A stretch of 64,000 nucleotides of DNA, taken from the NCBI GenBank assembly GCA_944320725.1, contig CALUIM010000008.1:94385-158384 (forward strand), written 5' to 3'. Source of the DNA: an uncultured Coriobacteriaceae bacterium (lineage in GTDB: Bacteria > Actinomycetota > Coriobacteriia > Coriobacteriales > Coriobacteriaceae). Numbering within the stretch: the first letter of the stretch is position 1; every line of letters starts with the position of its first letter. Made by a program: the position numbers and the translations under genes. Below, in pieces: positions 63,641 through 64,000 of the stretch. The notes under the pieces are model-generated. The model searched no databases. It had not been told where the DNA came from and was given only the letters and a program-made list of their open reading frames with translations.

Positions 63641-64000
63641 CTACTCGCGCGGAAGCTTGCGCACGGTGATGCGCTTGCTGTACTCGTCTACGTGGCCGAA
63701 GTCGCCCAAGCCGACGCTCTCGGCAACGTTCGCACCGGTAGCCATCGCAAGCTTCAGGGCCTCCTCGACGTTGTCGCGGTCGTGGTACCACGCAACGAGG
63801 AACGCGGCAAGCGTGCAGTCGCCGGCGCACACGGAGCTCACGAGCTTGATGTTGAACTCGCGCTTGGCGTACCAGATGTCCTCGCCGTTGGAGAAGTAGG
63901 CATCACCGCGGCTGCCGCGAGTAAGCAGGACGTTCTGGACGCCAGCCTCGTGGGCGAGACCCATGGCCACGCGCACCTGGTCGTCGGTATCGACCGGCAC
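63641..64000 (-). CDS. PfkB-family sugar kinase (1-phosphofructokinase/tagatose-6-P kinase-like), C-terminal part
   Basis: PfkB signature-2-like VCAGDCTLAAF. The ORF is open to the window edge. Confidence 0.75.
   Translation of the reverse strand: MPVDTDDQVRVAMGLAHEAGVQNVLLTRGSRGDAYFSNGEDIWYAKREFNIKLVSSVCAGDCTLAAFLVAWYHDRDNVEEALKLAMATGANVAESVGLGDFGHVDEYSKRITVRKLPRE

Overview
High-GC (visibly above 60%) bacterial chromosomal window. Gene content and style (glgD, adhE, TAT-lipoprotein binding proteins, Lys/Ala-rich tails) suggest Actinomycetota, class Coriobacteriia; this taxon call is inference only. Most of the window is core metabolism. In order: (1) the 3' end of an aldehyde dehydrogenase, tRNA-Pro and tRNA-Gly. 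(2) An MFS transporter, a CBS-pair protein and a nitroreductase. (3) A molybdate and molybdopterin block, modABC-mog-moeA, on the minus strand. (4) adhE. (5) A kinase-like phosphotransferase, thiamine pyrophosphokinase and a HAD hydrolase. (6) A 13-kb glycogen cluster, glgB-glgP-glgC-glgD-glgA plus a GH13-GH77 fusion. (7) The conserved metK-priA-def-fmt-rsmB operon. (8) A YhgE/Pip membrane protein with a degenerate ABC ATPase. (9) gltX, sdaA and an L,D-transpeptidase. (10) A Bce-like response regulator, histidine kinase and ABC module. (11) A hydrolase and flippase-like pair, and gshA. (12) A tRNA-Glu/Gln/Glu cluster. (13) A five-gene family-5 (nickel/peptide type) ABC importer. (14) An AT-rich islet with a lone Abi2/HEPN gene. 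(15) cca and the 3' end of a PfkB kinase. No CRISPR array, rRNA, transposase or integrase is visible. The most unusual signals are: (a) a gene-free 0.58-kb gap next to the tRNA cluster that holds seven copies of a 26-bp bipartite motif on an exact 52-bp phase, four direct and three inverted, around a perfect 13-bp hairpin; (b) histone-H1-like Lys/Ala/Pro/Thr tails on GlgA and GlgB; (c) two unrelated proteins that share the HEPN-type motif RNxxxH[DN]ER, namely the Abi islet gene and a CBS-pair fusion; (d) a catalytically dead ABC ATPase coupled to YhgE/Pip; (e) a His-rich ATPase in the family-5 importer. Many long ORFs in the six-frame track are antisense or alternative-frame artefacts of high GC content.
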